Part shown: positions 1 through 9,596 of the stretch, in pieces
Numbering within the stretch: position 1 is the first letter of the stretch
Layout of the letters: every line of letters begins with the position of its first letter
Assembly (NCBI GenBank): GCA_018712065.1
Contig: DVHL01000010.1
Span: 3,028-67,027 of the forward strand
DNA: 64,000 nt
Reading direction: 5' to 3'
From: Candidatus Fimimonas gallinarum
GTDB lineage: Bacteria > Bacillota > Clostridia > Christensenellales > CAG-314
Position numbers and translations under genes: made by a program
Notes under the pieces: generated by a model
Databases searched by the model: none
What the model was told of the DNA's origin: nothing
What the model saw: only the letters and a program-made list of their open reading frames with translations

Positions 1-249
1 GTGCACACGCTGAAAAATCTCACCTTCCCCTTTGTGGGGTTGGACGACGTCAACTTTGCCATTGTAACGGCAGGGGGAGTGGACGTCAGGCAGATTAACC
101 CTTCCACAATGGAAAGCAAACTGCACAAAGGTTTGTACTTTGTAGGCGAAGAATTGGACGTGGACGCCTTTACAGGCGGATTCAACATACAAATTGCCCT
201 TTCAACGGGCTTCGTGGCGGGGACTTCCGCCGCAAAGGAAAAGGTATGA
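1..249 (+). CDS. HI0933/BaiN-family NAD(P)/FAD-dependent oxidoreductase, C-terminal part (5' truncated by window)
   Basis: Motifs AIVTAGGVDVRQINPSTMESK and GLYFVGEELDVDAFTGGFNIQIALSTG are typical of the family C-terminus. Confidence 0.9.
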   Translation: MHTLKNLTFPFVGLDDVNFAIVTAGGVDVRQINPSTMESKLHKGLYFVGEELDVDAFTGGFNIQIALSTGFVAGTSAAKEKV

Positions 250-587
250 AGGTAATACGTGGGGCCATTTGCGCCCAAAACACGGCAGAAAGCATCTCGG
301 AAAATGCACTTTTGCTGGTGAGCAGTATTTTGAAACGCAACAATCTGTCCGCCGACAGCGTTTCGGCGGTGTTTTTTTCCGCCACGGCGGATCTTGACGC
401 ATGCTATCCTGCAACGGCTGTGCGCCGTCAACTGTTGCCCGAGGCATCCTTTATGTGTTTCAGGGAAATGGACGTCAAAAACAGTTTGCCCAACTGCCTG
501 CGTGTGGCGGTGTTTGCCGATGTGCAGACAGCCGTTCATTGCTACATTGGCGAGGCAAAAAAACTGCGTCCCGATATCGACGGCTGA
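246..587 (+). CDS. aroH: Chorismate mutase, AroH class
   Basis: IRGA N-terminal motif, FSATADLDACYPA, EMDV..SLP.CLRV, HCY.GEA..LRPD. Confidence 0.9.
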   Translation: MKVIRGAICAQNTAESISENALLLVSSILKRNNLSADSVSAVFFSATADLDACYPATAVRRQLLPEASFMCFREMDVKNSLPNCLRVAVFADVQTAVHCYIGEAKKLRPDIDG

Positions 588-772
588 CAGGGCAGGAAAA
601 AGACAACGTTTTGTGCTTTTGGTGCGTACATGTCAAATTCAATGCCATGTGCGGTGTGGCGACAGGCAATATTGCGTTGTATTTGTTTGACATTTGCCAA
701 CTCAACTGGTAAAATTGAAAAAAACCGAACTTCCTTTCGGTTTTTGTCCGACAGAATTTTCGGAGGAATCCT

Positions 773-1498
773 TTGAATAAATTTGTAACTTTTCTTGCGT
801 CCATAGCCAAGGTGCTGATAAAACCCCTTTTCCCCGTGAAATTTTACGGCGAAAGAAAGTTGGACAGGAAAAAACTGCTTTTAATAGGCAATCACATTTC
901 CGGCTGGGATCCCGTCATCTACACACTGTGGTCCAAAACATGGATTTCCTTTGTGTACAAGGCGGAGTTTCGTAAGTCCTCTTTTTTGCGTTGGGTTTTT
1001 GACGGTTTGGAATGTGTGCCCATCAAACGTGGCGAGGTGGACCTTTACGCCACCAAAACCATTTTGAAACTGCTTCACGAAGATAAAATAGTGGGGCTTT
1101 TCCCCGAGGGTACACGCAACCCCGAAGTGGACTGTTTGCAGGCTTTTCACACGGGGGCGGCAATGTTTGCCATAAAAACACATTCGCCTCTGCGTCCTTT
1201 CTACATTTGGGAAAAGACAAAAGTGCTGCGTAAAAATTACATAATAGTCGGCGACGAATTCACCCTCGAAGAGTATTACGACCAGCCCATCACCAAAGAA
1301 ATGCTCACCGAAGCGACGGAAAAAGTGCGCAACCGTGTGGACGCTTTGCGTGTTCAACTCAACGGCATTTTGCAGGAAAAGGGAGTCAAACGTCGCAAAC
1401 GCACCAAAAAGGAAACGGAAAAAATCAACAAATACAATCAGAAACAAAAGACGCTTGCCAAGCAACTTGCAAAACAACAGCAGGAGGAGAAAAAATGA
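773..1498 (+). CDS. plsC: 1-acyl-sn-glycerol-3-phosphate acyltransferase
   Basis: NHxxxxD (NHISGWD) and FPEGTR motifs. Confidence 0.9.
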   Translation: MNKFVTFLASIAKVLIKPLFPVKFYGERKLDRKKLLLIGNHISGWDPVIYTLWSKTWISFVYKAEFRKSSFLRWVFDGLECVPIKRGEVDLYATKTILKLLHEDKIVGLFPEGTRNPEVDCLQAFHTGAAMFAIKTHSPLRPFYIWEKTKVLRKNYIIVGDEFTLEEYYDQPITKEMLTEATEKVRNRVDALRVQLNGILQEKGVKRRKRTKKETEKINKYNQKQKTLAKQLAKQQQEEKK

Positions 1499-3504
1499 AG
1501 TTTTTTCTTCCCAAGGAATACGGATTTTGCACGGGGGTGTCCACAGCCATTAACAAAGCCTTGTCCCTAAACGCCAAGGCTTATTGTTTGGGCGAACTGG
1601 TACACAACAGCCACGTTACGGAGATGCTTGCAGGGCACGGAATACAGACTGTGCAAAGCGTGGAGGATGTTCCCGACGGCGAAACGGTGATAATACGTGC
1701 TCACGGCGTGGGTCCCGACGTGTACCGCCGTGCCGAGGAAAAAAAATTGAAGGTGGTGGACGCCACCTGTCCCTACGTCAGGGCAATTCAGAAAAAGGCG
1801 AAAAAGTACCACGACGAAGGGTACACGGTGGTGCTTGTCGGCGACAAAACGCATGCTGAAATTGTAGGCATCAACGGCTGGTGCGACAACACTGCGGTGG
1901 TGTTTGACGGGAAAAGTCCTTTGCGACTTGACAAGTGCGAAAAGGCGTTGGTGTTGTTTCAGACAACCTACGATACGCGCAATTTTGAAAAAAGCGTAAA
2001 AAATATTTTTACAGACGGCATTAAAACGCTTGAAATATTCAACACAATTTGTTATACTACATTACAAAGGCAGTACTATGCCCAAATGCTGTCCAAGCGG
2101 TGTGATTTGGCAATCGTTGTGGGGGACAAAAACAGTTCCAACACACGTCGGTTGTTTGAAATTGCGTCGGAAAACTGTCGCACCGTGCTGTGCGACGGCA
2201 GCAATACGGATAGTATCGACTTGAAAAATAGCAGAAACGTATGTTTCGTTTCAGGAGCATCAACTCCGACCGAGTTGATCAAGGGGGTTTTTGAAAGAAT
2301 GGTTGAAAACGCAAAAGAAACCGTTTCCGTGGAAACGGTAGTATCCGCCGATGAAGTTGCGACGGATTCACAAAAAACAGCAAAAGTAATGGACAAAGAC
2401 GAAGCGATGATGGCGGAAGCAGTTTCCAAAATCAAGGAAGGCGCAAGATACAAAGTGGGACAAAAAGTTAAGTGCCACGTTGTACTTGTCAGCGAAGACG
2501 GCGTGTACGTCAGACTTCCCAGTTGGAAGCAGGACGCATTCGTTCCCAACGAGGAACTTGCGCTTGACGGCAACTATCAGGCAGTGAAGGATGCTCTTAC
2601 CACCAGCACAACTTTGGAATGTTCCATTTTATCCATAGAAAACGGAAAGATAACCCTTTCCAAAAAGGTTATCGACGAAAGATACAAGGACGACGCCCTC
2701 GTTGACGGCATCAAAGAAGGCAAAGAATTTTCCGTTGTTATGACGAGAGCAACGAAAAACTGCCTCACCGGTCGTTTGGGAAGTTACACGGTAGTGGTTC
2801 ACGCTTCTCAAATCCGCATAGGATACGTTAAGAATTTGGAACAGTACGTCGGCAAGACATTGCGTCTTGTAAGCAATGCCGAAAAGGTAGACGACAACAA
2901 ACGTGTTATCTACGCCAGCCAAAAGACAATTTTGCTTGCAGAAAAGAAGGCAAAGGAAGACGAATTCTGGAACAATATCGCCGTTGACGAAATTGTGGAA
3001 GGCAAAGTGTTGCGTTTTGCAAGTTTCGGCGCATTTGTGGACGTGCGTGGTTTCGATTGCCTTGCACACACTTCCGACCTTTCCTGGGAACGTGTAAACA
3101 CGCCGCAGGAAGTTTTGGAAATCGGCAAGACCTACGAATTCGTAGTGCTTGCTTTGGACAGAGAAAACAACCGTGTGTCCTTGGGATACAAACAGTTGCA
3201 ACCCAAACCGTGGGAACTTGCCGAGGAAAAATTCCCCGTCGGTTCCGTTGTTACGGGAAAAGTTGCTCGCCTGATGCCTTACGGCGCATTCATCGAACTT
3301 GACAAGCACATCGACGGATTGCTTCACGTTTCCAACTACTCTTGGGATTGGGTGGACGACATTTCCAAGGTGCTGAAAGTGGGCGACGAAGTGCAGGTTC
3401 AGGTAATGGAGTTTGACGCAGAAAACAGACGTATCACTCTTTCCCGCAAGGCTTTGCTGGAAAAACCCGATCACGTTGTTACAAAACCTGCCGACAACGA
3501 GTAA
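1495..3504 (+). CDS. ispH: Bifunctional IspH (HMBPP reductase) / ribosomal protein S1 fusion
   Basis: GFCTGV, DATCPYV, NTICYTT Fe-S cysteines, SSNT, GASTP; C-terminal S1 repeats (FGAFVD, YGAFIEL). The fusion is common in Clostridia. Confidence 0.93.
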   Translation: MKFFLPKEYGFCTGVSTAINKALSLNAKAYCLGELVHNSHVTEMLAGHGIQTVQSVEDVPDGETVIIRAHGVGPDVYRRAEEKKLKVVDATCPYVRAIQKKAKKYHDEGYTVVLVGDKTHAEIVGINGWCDNTAVVFDGKSPLRLDKCEKALVLFQTTYDTRNFEKSVKNIFTDGIKTLEIFNTICYTTLQRQYYAQMLSKRCDLAIVVGDKNSSNTRRLFEIASENCRTVLCDGSNTDSIDLKNSRNVCFVSGASTPTELIKGVFERMVENAKETVSVETVVSADEVATDSQKTAKVMDKDEAMMAEAVSKIKEGARYKVGQKVKCHVVLVSEDGVYVRLPSWKQDAFVPNEELALDGNYQAVKDALTTSTTLECSILSIENGKITLSKKVIDERYKDDALVDGIKEGKEFSVVMTRATKNCLTGRLGSYTVVVHASQIRIGYVKNLEQYVGKTLRLVSNAEKVDDNKRVIYASQKTILLAEKKAKEDEFWNNIAVDEIVEGKVLRFASFGAFVDVRGFDCLAHTSDLSWERVNTPQEVLEIGKTYEFVVLALDRENNRVSLGYKQLQPKPWELAEEKFPVGSVVTGKVARLMPYGAFIELDKHIDGLLHVSNYSWDWVDDISKVLKVGDEVQVQVMEFDAENRRITLSRKALLEKPDHVVTKPADNE

Positions 3505-3592
3505 TCAAAAGTCAACTACCGTTTTCTAGGAAATAAGACAACTCCGACTTTTTTCTTGGATGACGGCAAATATAAAAAAGGAGAAAACTACA
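3505..3592 (+). promoter_or_regulatory. Possible rpsO (S15) autoregulatory leader
   Basis: Intergenic segment directly before rpsO with pairing potential (ccgtt..ctagg / cttgg..gacgg around actccgac); based on position, no covariance model run. Confidence 0.4.
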
Positions 3593-3853
3593 ATGGAAAT
3601 GACAAAACAGGAAATCATCGCCAAATTTGGCAGAAAGGAAGGGGACACAGGTTCTCCCGAAGTACAGGTGGCTTTGCTGACACAGCGCATCAACCACCTT
3701 ACGGAACATTTGAGAACACACCAAAATGATCACCATTCCAGACGTGGTCTGCTTCAGATGGTAGGACACAGAAAGGGTCTTTTGGATTACCTCAAACAAA
3801 CGGACATTGAAAAGTACCGTCAGATCATTGCCGAATTGGGATTGAGAAAGTAA
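3593..3853 (+). CDS. rpsO: 30S ribosomal protein S15
   Basis: [28 protein letters not shown]; RBS aggag before ATG 3593. Confidence 0.97.
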   Translation: MEMTKQEIIAKFGRKEGDTGSPEVQVALLTQRINHLTEHLRTHQNDHHSRRGLLQMVGHRKGLLDYLKQTDIEKYRQIIAELGLRK

Positions 3854-4038
3854 TGAGAAAAAGGGTGGGGCCTAGTATTCTATGCCCTGTCCTTTTTTTA
3901 TTTTTTTGCATTTGACAGGCATATTTTGTGCTACTTTGGTACAAAAAAAGTTTGCAGTGCAAAAACGTGATGCGACTATTGCCGAAGGGCGACATGAGTT
4001 GTCTTTCGTATGGAAAATAAACAAGGAGAAACAGAAAA

Positions 4039-6162
4039 ATGCAAAAATTCAGAAAAATTGACGGACAGGTTGGCAATAGACCTTACCACATTTTCGAAAT
4101 GGAAGTTGGTGGTAGAACAGTCCGTGTGGAAGTAGGCAAGTACGCCGAACAGGCAAACGGTTCCTGCATGGTACAGTGCGGCGACACCGTTGTTATGACC
4201 AACGTAACTTTGGCAAAACAACCCCGTGACGGAATAGACTTTTTCCCTTTGGGCGTTGATTTTGAAGAAAAAATGTATTCCGTGGGTAAAATTCCAGGCG
4301 GATTCAAAAAACGTGAAGGCAGAGCAAGCGACAAGGCTATTCTGACTTCTCGTCTTATCGACAGACCCATCCGTCCGTTGTTCCCCAAGGGATTTTTGAA
4401 CGACGTGTCGGTAATTGCCACGGCAATGTCGGTGGAACCTGACATTCAGCCGGAAGTGTACGCAATGATGGGCAGTTCCATTGCTCTTTCCATTTCCGAC
4501 ATTCCCTTTGCAGGACCTACGGGAAGCGTCGTTGTGGGCTACGTTGACGGCAAGTACGTCATCAACCCCACGCAGGAACAAAAGGAACGCAGTTTGCTCA
4601 ACCTCAACCTTGCGGGAACCAAGGACGCCATAATGATGGTGGAAGCAGGCGCAAACGAAATATCCGAAAAGGAAATGCTTGACGCCATCATGTTCGGACA
4701 CGAGGCAATAAAGGAACAGTGCGAATTCATCGAATTCATCCGTCAGGAAGTGGGCAAACCCAAGGCGCAAATCGAACTGCACCTTCCCAGCAAGCAGCAC
4801 GAAGAAGTTGTGCGTGCCTATGCCGACGAAATGCTCACCGAAGCGCTCAAACCTTTCGACAGATACGAACGTCAGGCAAATCAGGACGAAGTGGAAAGAA
4901 AGGTTGTGGAACACTTTGAAAAGGTTGACCCCGACGTGGTTGCCGATGTAGGCGACATTCTGTACAAGATGACCAAAGAAAAGGTGCGTGCAAGAATCCT
5001 CAACGAAGGCGTGCGTCCCGACGGCAGAAAACTCACGGAAATCCGTCCCATCTGGTGTGAAACGGGAATCCTTCCCCGTGTACACGGCAGCGGCGTGTTT
5101 ACCCGTGGAATGACGCAGGTAATAACGACGGCAACTTTGGGAACAATTTCCGAAGTGCAAAAGTTGGAAAACCTCGACGACACCGACACCTACAAGAGAT
5201 ACATGCACCAATACAACATGCCCGGCTATTCTACAGGCGAGGCAAAGCCTTTGCGCAGTCCCGGCAGACGTGAAATAGGCCACGGCGCACTTGCGGAACG
5301 TGCTTTGGAACCGGTAATCCCCAGCGAGGCGGAATTCCCCTATGCAATCCGTACGGTTTCGGAAGTGGTAAGCAGTAACGGCAGTACGTCGCAGGCAAGC
5401 ATTTGCGGTTCTACGTTGGCGCTTATGGACGCAGGCGTTCCCATCAAGGCGCCCGTTGCAGGTATCGCAATGGGACTTATGAAGTCGGAAGACGGCTCCA
5501 AGGTGGCAATTTTGTCGGATATTCAGGGACTTGAAGACTTCCTTGGAGACATGGACTTCAAAGTTGCAGGTACGGCAAAGGGAATAACCGCCATTCAGAT
5601 GGACATCAAAATAAAGGGTATCGACGAAAACATTTTGCGTACCGCTTTGGAACAGGCTCGTCAGGGCAGACTGTACATTTTGGACAAAATGTTGCAGGTT
5701 CTTCCCGCACCTCGTGCGGAACTTTCCAAGTACGCACCCAAGATTATTTCCTTCAACATCGACCCCGACAAAATCCGTGAGGTTATCGGCAGCGGCGGAA
5801 AGGTTATCAACAAGATTATCGACGAAACAGGCGTCAAAATCGACATCACCGACGACGGCACGGTGTTTATTGCCACAGCCGACCAGCAAATGGCGGAAAA
5901 GGCAAAGAAATTGGTGCTTGCCATTGCCAAAGACCCCGAAGTGGGCGACGAATTCACAGGCAAAGTTGTGAGAATTTTGGACTTCGGCGCATTTGTGGAA
6001 CTTGCTCCCGGCAAAGACGGAATGATTCACATTTCCAAACTTGCAAAGGAACGTGTGGAAAAGGTTACCGACGTAGTCAACATTGATGACACGGTAGTGG
6101 TAAGAGTAATCAAAGTTGACGAAAAGGGACGTATCGACTTGCGTTTGGTGAAGAAACTGTAA
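4039..6162 (+). CDS. pnp: Polyribonucleotide nucleotidyltransferase (PNPase)
   Basis: RLIDRPIRPLF, RREIGHGALAERAL, DMDFKVAGT, KH and S1 domains; follows rpsO. Confidence 0.98.
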   Translation: MQKFRKIDGQVGNRPYHIFEMEVGGRTVRVEVGKYAEQANGSCMVQCGDTVVMTNVTLAKQPRDGIDFFPLGVDFEEKMYSVGKIPGGFKKREGRASDKAILTSRLIDRPIRPLFPKGFLNDVSVIATAMSVEPDIQPEVYAMMGSSIALSISDIPFAGPTGSVVVGYVDGKYVINPTQEQKERSLLNLNLAGTKDAIMMVEAGANEISEKEMLDAIMFGHEAIKEQCEFIEFIRQEVGKPKAQIELHLPSKQHEEVVRAYADEMLTEALKPFDRYERQANQDEVERKVVEHFEKVDPDVVADVGDILYKMTKEKVRARILNEGVRPDGRKLTEIRPIWCETGILPRVHGSGVFTRGMTQVITTATLGTISEVQKLENLDDTDTYKRYMHQYNMPGYSTGEAKPLRSPGRREIGHGALAERALEPVIPSEAEFPYAIRTVSEVVSSNGSTSQASICGSTLALMDAGVPIKAPVAGIAMGLMKSEDGSKVAILSDIQGLEDFLGDMDFKVAGTAKGITAIQMDIKIKGIDENILRTALEQARQGRLYILDKMLQVLPAPRAELSKYAPKIISFNIDPDKIREVIGSGGKVINKIIDETGVKIDITDDGTVFIATADQQMAEKAKKLVLAIAKDPEVGDEFTGKVVRILDFGAFVELAPGKDGMIHISKLAKERVEKVTDVVNIDDTVVVRVIKVDEKGRIDLRLVKKL

Positions 6163-6224
6163 TTTGTAGCGGACAGGTTGCGCCAACGGCAGTACTTTTG
6201 CAATGTCTGACAGGCAAACGTCAA

Positions 6225-6495
6225 CCAAAATTTTGCGTGCTGTTTTGCAATGCAGTTTTTCAGTGAGGTATTGCAAACGGTTACCGTAGCAAATTAAAAT
6301 GCAGTATTAAAAACCAAAATTTTGCGTGCCATTTTCTGCAATGCAGGTCGTTGGCGAGGTATTGCAAACGGTTACCATAGCAAATTAAAAAATGTAATAT
6401 TAAGCAAAGAACTATTGTGTGCTGTTTTCTGATAAATAGTTTATTTGCTAGGTATTGCACACGGTTGTTGCAACAAATTACAAAATGCAATATCA
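6225..6495. repeat. Three diverged ~91-93 bp tandem units
   Basis: Core aggtattgca(a/c)acggtt at 6266, 6357 and 6450. Confidence 0.75.
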
Positions 6496-6496
6496 G

Positions 6497-6530
6497 AAAA
6501 AACACCCCGATTTTTCGGGGTGTTTTTTGT
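6497..6530 (+). terminator. Intrinsic terminator (A/T-flanked hairpin) downstream of pnp
   Basis: aaaaaacaccccga-tttt-tcggggtgtttttt. Confidence 0.75.
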
Positions 6531-6724
6531 TGCTTTACGTAAAGTCAGGCAAAACGTCGCATTGAAAATGACTTATGCCAATAGTTGCGACCTTTTTCGA
6601 ATCAGGCGAAAAAGCGGGGGATGGCAACGGAAAAAGCGTGAAGATAAATGAAAGGAAAGGAAAAAGTACTGAAAAGTCGAAAAACTTGCCGGTGTTTTTT
6701 TACAGTCAATTTTGCCGTGAAAAC

Positions 6725-7055
6725 GGCGAAAAGTCGTGAATAAGTCCGTGATGTGTCCTTTGCCCTTTGAGCAGTGTTGCATTGTTGAAGTTTTGCGTGT
6801 AACAGTCAAAGTTTTGCAAAACAAAAAGCCTGCAAAAATAGCAGGCAGTTTTTTGTAGTGTGTTTTCCTTTCGTTACGAAAAGTGTGGCGAAAAGTCGTG
6901 AATAAGTCCGTGATGTGTCCTTTGCCCTTTGAGCAGTGTTGCATTGTTGAAGTTTTGCGTGTAACAGTCAAAGTTTTGCAAAACAAAAAGCCTGCAAAAA
7001 TTGCAGGCAGTTTTTTTGTAGTGTGTTTTCCTTTCGCTACGGAAAGTGTGGCAAA
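6725..7055. repeat. Near-identical 162-bp tandem duplication containing a terminator-like hairpin
   Basis: ggcgaaaagtcgtgaataagtccg... starts at 6725 and 6887; each copy has aaaaagcctgc..gcaggcagtttttt. Confidence 0.9.
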
Positions 7056-7062
7056 ACGTCGC

Positions 7063-8184
7063 TTAAATATTTTTTGTGTCAGGCGTTGCCTCTTCTTTTT
7101 CCTCGGGGGTTTCCGATGCGGTTTGGGAAGGTTGTTCGGGCTGTTGCTGTGTTTGTTCCTCTGCCGTATTGTCCGTTTCGGGGCTTGGTTCAATGTCGGC
7201 TGTGTCAACATTTTCTTCAACCGTATGTTCCTTTTTGGTCCATCCAAGTTTTTTCCACAGTTTTTCCGTCTGTGCAAACAGCAGTGGATACACTCCCAGA
7301 AGCAGGAAGACTATCACAGCGTAACGCAACACACGGAAGATGCTTTCAAACCAAAAGTCCCCTTCGTAGTCGGGGTAGATTGCGCCCACAATGGCTTTGA
7401 ACATGCTGTTCAGTCCGAGGTACAAACCGCCTCCCACAGCCACACGCAGAACAATTCTCCACCAAACTTTTGTGTTTTGAAATTTGGTAACTTTTTCTTC
7501 AAACAACATTCCGAAGGTGAATCCGACGGCAATGCCGTAGGCGGTAAAAAAGTCGCTTGTGGTGCAGTAGAAAAAGCCTGCAAGTCCGACAATCAAAATT
7601 CCGCCGTAAATAAAGTACTTTTTTTTGACAACTCTTGTCAGCCAATCCACCAAAAACACAACGGCAACGCCAAGGGCAAGCCCTGCGACAACGTCGGTGA
7701 GGTAGTGTGCGCCAAGGTAGTTGCGTGAAAGGGCAACAAGCAGGGGAATTATCACCGCAAGGGAAATCAGCCATTTGCTTTTCTTGTCCTTGTAGGCTAC
7801 TGCCGTGCCTACGAAAACCGATGTCGAACCGGACGAGTGTCCGCTGGGAAAAGAGTACCCGTCCACGTCACGAAGGTTGTCCACCAAGTCGGGATGACTG
7901 TCAAAGGGACGTGTACGGCAGGCGATATTTTTAATCATCGGGTTCACCAGGGCGGCGGTAAGCATAAACATTCCTATTTTTTCCCCACGCTTTTTGTCCA
8001 GTCCCCAGTACACAAAGCCCATCACGCCGACGAGTATCACCTCTTCGCCGAACATGGTGATGAAGTTCATCAGGTAGTACAAAAACGAGCCTTCTCCGCC
8101 CAGACTTTGCAACCACACTATGAAAGGTATTTCAAAGGGCAATTCCCACGTTGTGCCGATTGCCGCAGCAAGCAAATTTATCAT
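7063..8184 (-). CDS. PAP2-family membrane phosphatase
   Basis: K..ACRTRP, SFPSGH, SRNYLGAHYLTDV motifs; multiple TM helices; RBS aaggaga before ATG 8184. Confidence 0.9.
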   Translation of the reverse strand: MINLLAAAIGTTWELPFEIPFIVWLQSLGGEGSFLYYLMNFITMFGEEVILVGVMGFVYWGLDKKRGEKIGMFMLTAALVNPMIKNIACRTRPFDSHPDLVDNLRDVDGYSFPSGHSSGSTSVFVGTAVAYKDKKSKWLISLAVIIPLLVALSRNYLGAHYLTDVVAGLALGVAVVFLVDWLTRVVKKKYFIYGGILIVGLAGFFYCTTSDFFTAYGIAVGFTFGMLFEEKVTKFQNTKVWWRIVLRVAVGGGLYLGLNSMFKAIVGAIYPDYEGDFWFESIFRVLRYAVIVFLLLGVYPLLFAQTEKLWKKLGWTKKEHTVEENVDTADIEPSPETDNTAEEQTQQQPEQPSQTASETPEEKEEATPDTKNI

Positions 8185-8769
8185 AAGTTTTCTCCTTGAA
8201 AGCATTGTAACACATTTTACTTTGCTTTTCAATATATTGTTACATTTTTGCACCGTGTGCAAGAGTAATCGGACTTTTGCCGGCAACGGAATATTACAAA
8301 AACTTTTACTGTGCCGTGTGCAATTGACTTTCCGTTTGCCGTTTTACGGCGGGGCTTTGTTTTGAATTTTCGCCGTGCAGGCAGGTTACTCGGAATTTTG
8401 CAAATTGCTTCTTGACAATGCCCTCACGGCACAGGTAAAAAATTTGTTTGAACAACAGGCAATTTGCTTCCGTCCTTTTCTTTTTCGTTGCATTTGTTGT
8501 CGTAGCGGTGCAGCGTCCGCTACCCCAGGGCAACAAACACGGCAAAGCGAATGTCGGTTAAAGTCGTTGAAATTTATCTTTATTCGCTATCGTAAAAATC
8601 AGGCACTTTTGCAACTTGCGCCGTGCAGGCAGGTTTTGACAATCAAACAAAATTACGCCTTGGCAATGCAGGCAAAGCAAATGCTTGTCAAATTGTTTTT
8701 GACGGCGTGTTGCAAATGCCTTTGCCCGATTCTGACGAAATGTTCAACTGCAAACATATTTTTTGCACA

Positions 8770-8796
8770 AAAAAAGACTTCCGAAGAAGTCTTTTG
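8770..8796 (-). terminator. Terminator of rpmB
   Basis: aaaaaagacttc-cgaa-gaagtctttt hairpin just after the rpmB stop. Confidence 0.7.
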
Positions 8797-8809
8797 GGTA
8801 ACGGAATTA

Positions 8810-8995
8810 TTATTGCTCTTTATTTGCAGTTCTTATGCAACGAGTGCAAACATATTCGGTGGTTTCCTTTCCGTTTATTTCCACCTTTACTTTTTTGAGG
8901 TTGGCGCTGTACGTTCTCGGAGTCTTTCTGTTGGAGTGGCTCACAAGATTGCCGGACATCTTGCCTTTACCGCAAATTGCACAAACTTTTGACAT
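8810..8995 (-). CDS. rpmB: 50S ribosomal protein L28
   Basis: MSKVCAICGKGKMSGNLVSHSNRKT...VCTRCIRT; ggaggtg RBS. Confidence 0.97.
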   Translation of the reverse strand: MSKVCAICGKGKMSGNLVSHSNRKTPRTYSANLKKVKVEINGKETTEYVCTRCIRTANKEQ

Positions 8996-9213
8996 ATTCA
9001 CACCTCCGTGCAAGTAGAATGGGTTGTTTGATAACGCTAAAATATAATATCATTTTTCTTTTTTTTTGGCAAGTAAAATACAGCAAAAAAATGCCAAAGA
9101 GCAAAAAATATCATTTTTTTTGCCATAATTATACTATTTGAGGAAAAATTTACTTGTAAAAAAATGCTTAATGTTGTAAAATATAAGAGATTGAAAACGG
9201 AGGTGGAAAACCT

Positions 9214-9564
9214 ATGGCATTACGCACTAACAATTCTTACGGAACAATCACCGTGTCCGACGACGTGATTGCGTCTTTGGCGGGATATTTGGCAACGGAA
9301 TGTTACGGCGTTGTTGAAATGGTGCCTTTCGGTTTTTCCGACACCTTCACCGACCTTTTCAAACGGAACGGTAAAAGCCGTGGCGTACGTGTGGCTACCA
9401 AGGGCGACAGAATTTTCGTTGACCTGTTTGTCAAGTTCAAGTACGGTTTGCCCGTTACGGCAACTTCGGAAAGTTTGAAAAGCACCGTCAAATACGGTTT
9501 GGAACACTTCACCGGCATGATTGTGGCATCTGTAGATGTTCACGTGGTGGGCGTCAAACTGTAA
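9214..9564 (+). CDS. Asp23/Gls24 family protein (YloU-like)
   Basis: YGTITVSDDVIA..AG..A.ECYGVV; conserved rpmB/yloU/yloV context. Confidence 0.9.
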   Translation: MALRTNNSYGTITVSDDVIASLAGYLATECYGVVEMVPFGFSDTFTDLFKRNGKSRGVRVATKGDRIFVDLFVKFKYGLPVTATSESLKSTVKYGLEHFTGMIVASVDVHVVGVKL

Positions 9565-9596
9565 AATTCTACTATCGCTAAATCAAGGAGAACACA

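Noticed and set aside
1495-3504. IspH-S1 fusion (and the tandem-OB SSB at 12671) as novelties
   Set aside because: Both are common in Clostridia.
3976-6276. Long antisense ORFs (e.g. 3976-6276, 9540-11228, 30943-32601, 48309-50939, 54842-57529, 59761-61530)
   Set aside because: They are shadows of well-supported genes on the opposite strand, with no motifs or RBS.
6573-7277. ORFs spanning intergenic repeats (also 13332-14090, 17638-18630, 33381-34119)
   Set aside because: Translations are C/K/F-rich with no RBS or family motifs; they are by-products of the repeats.
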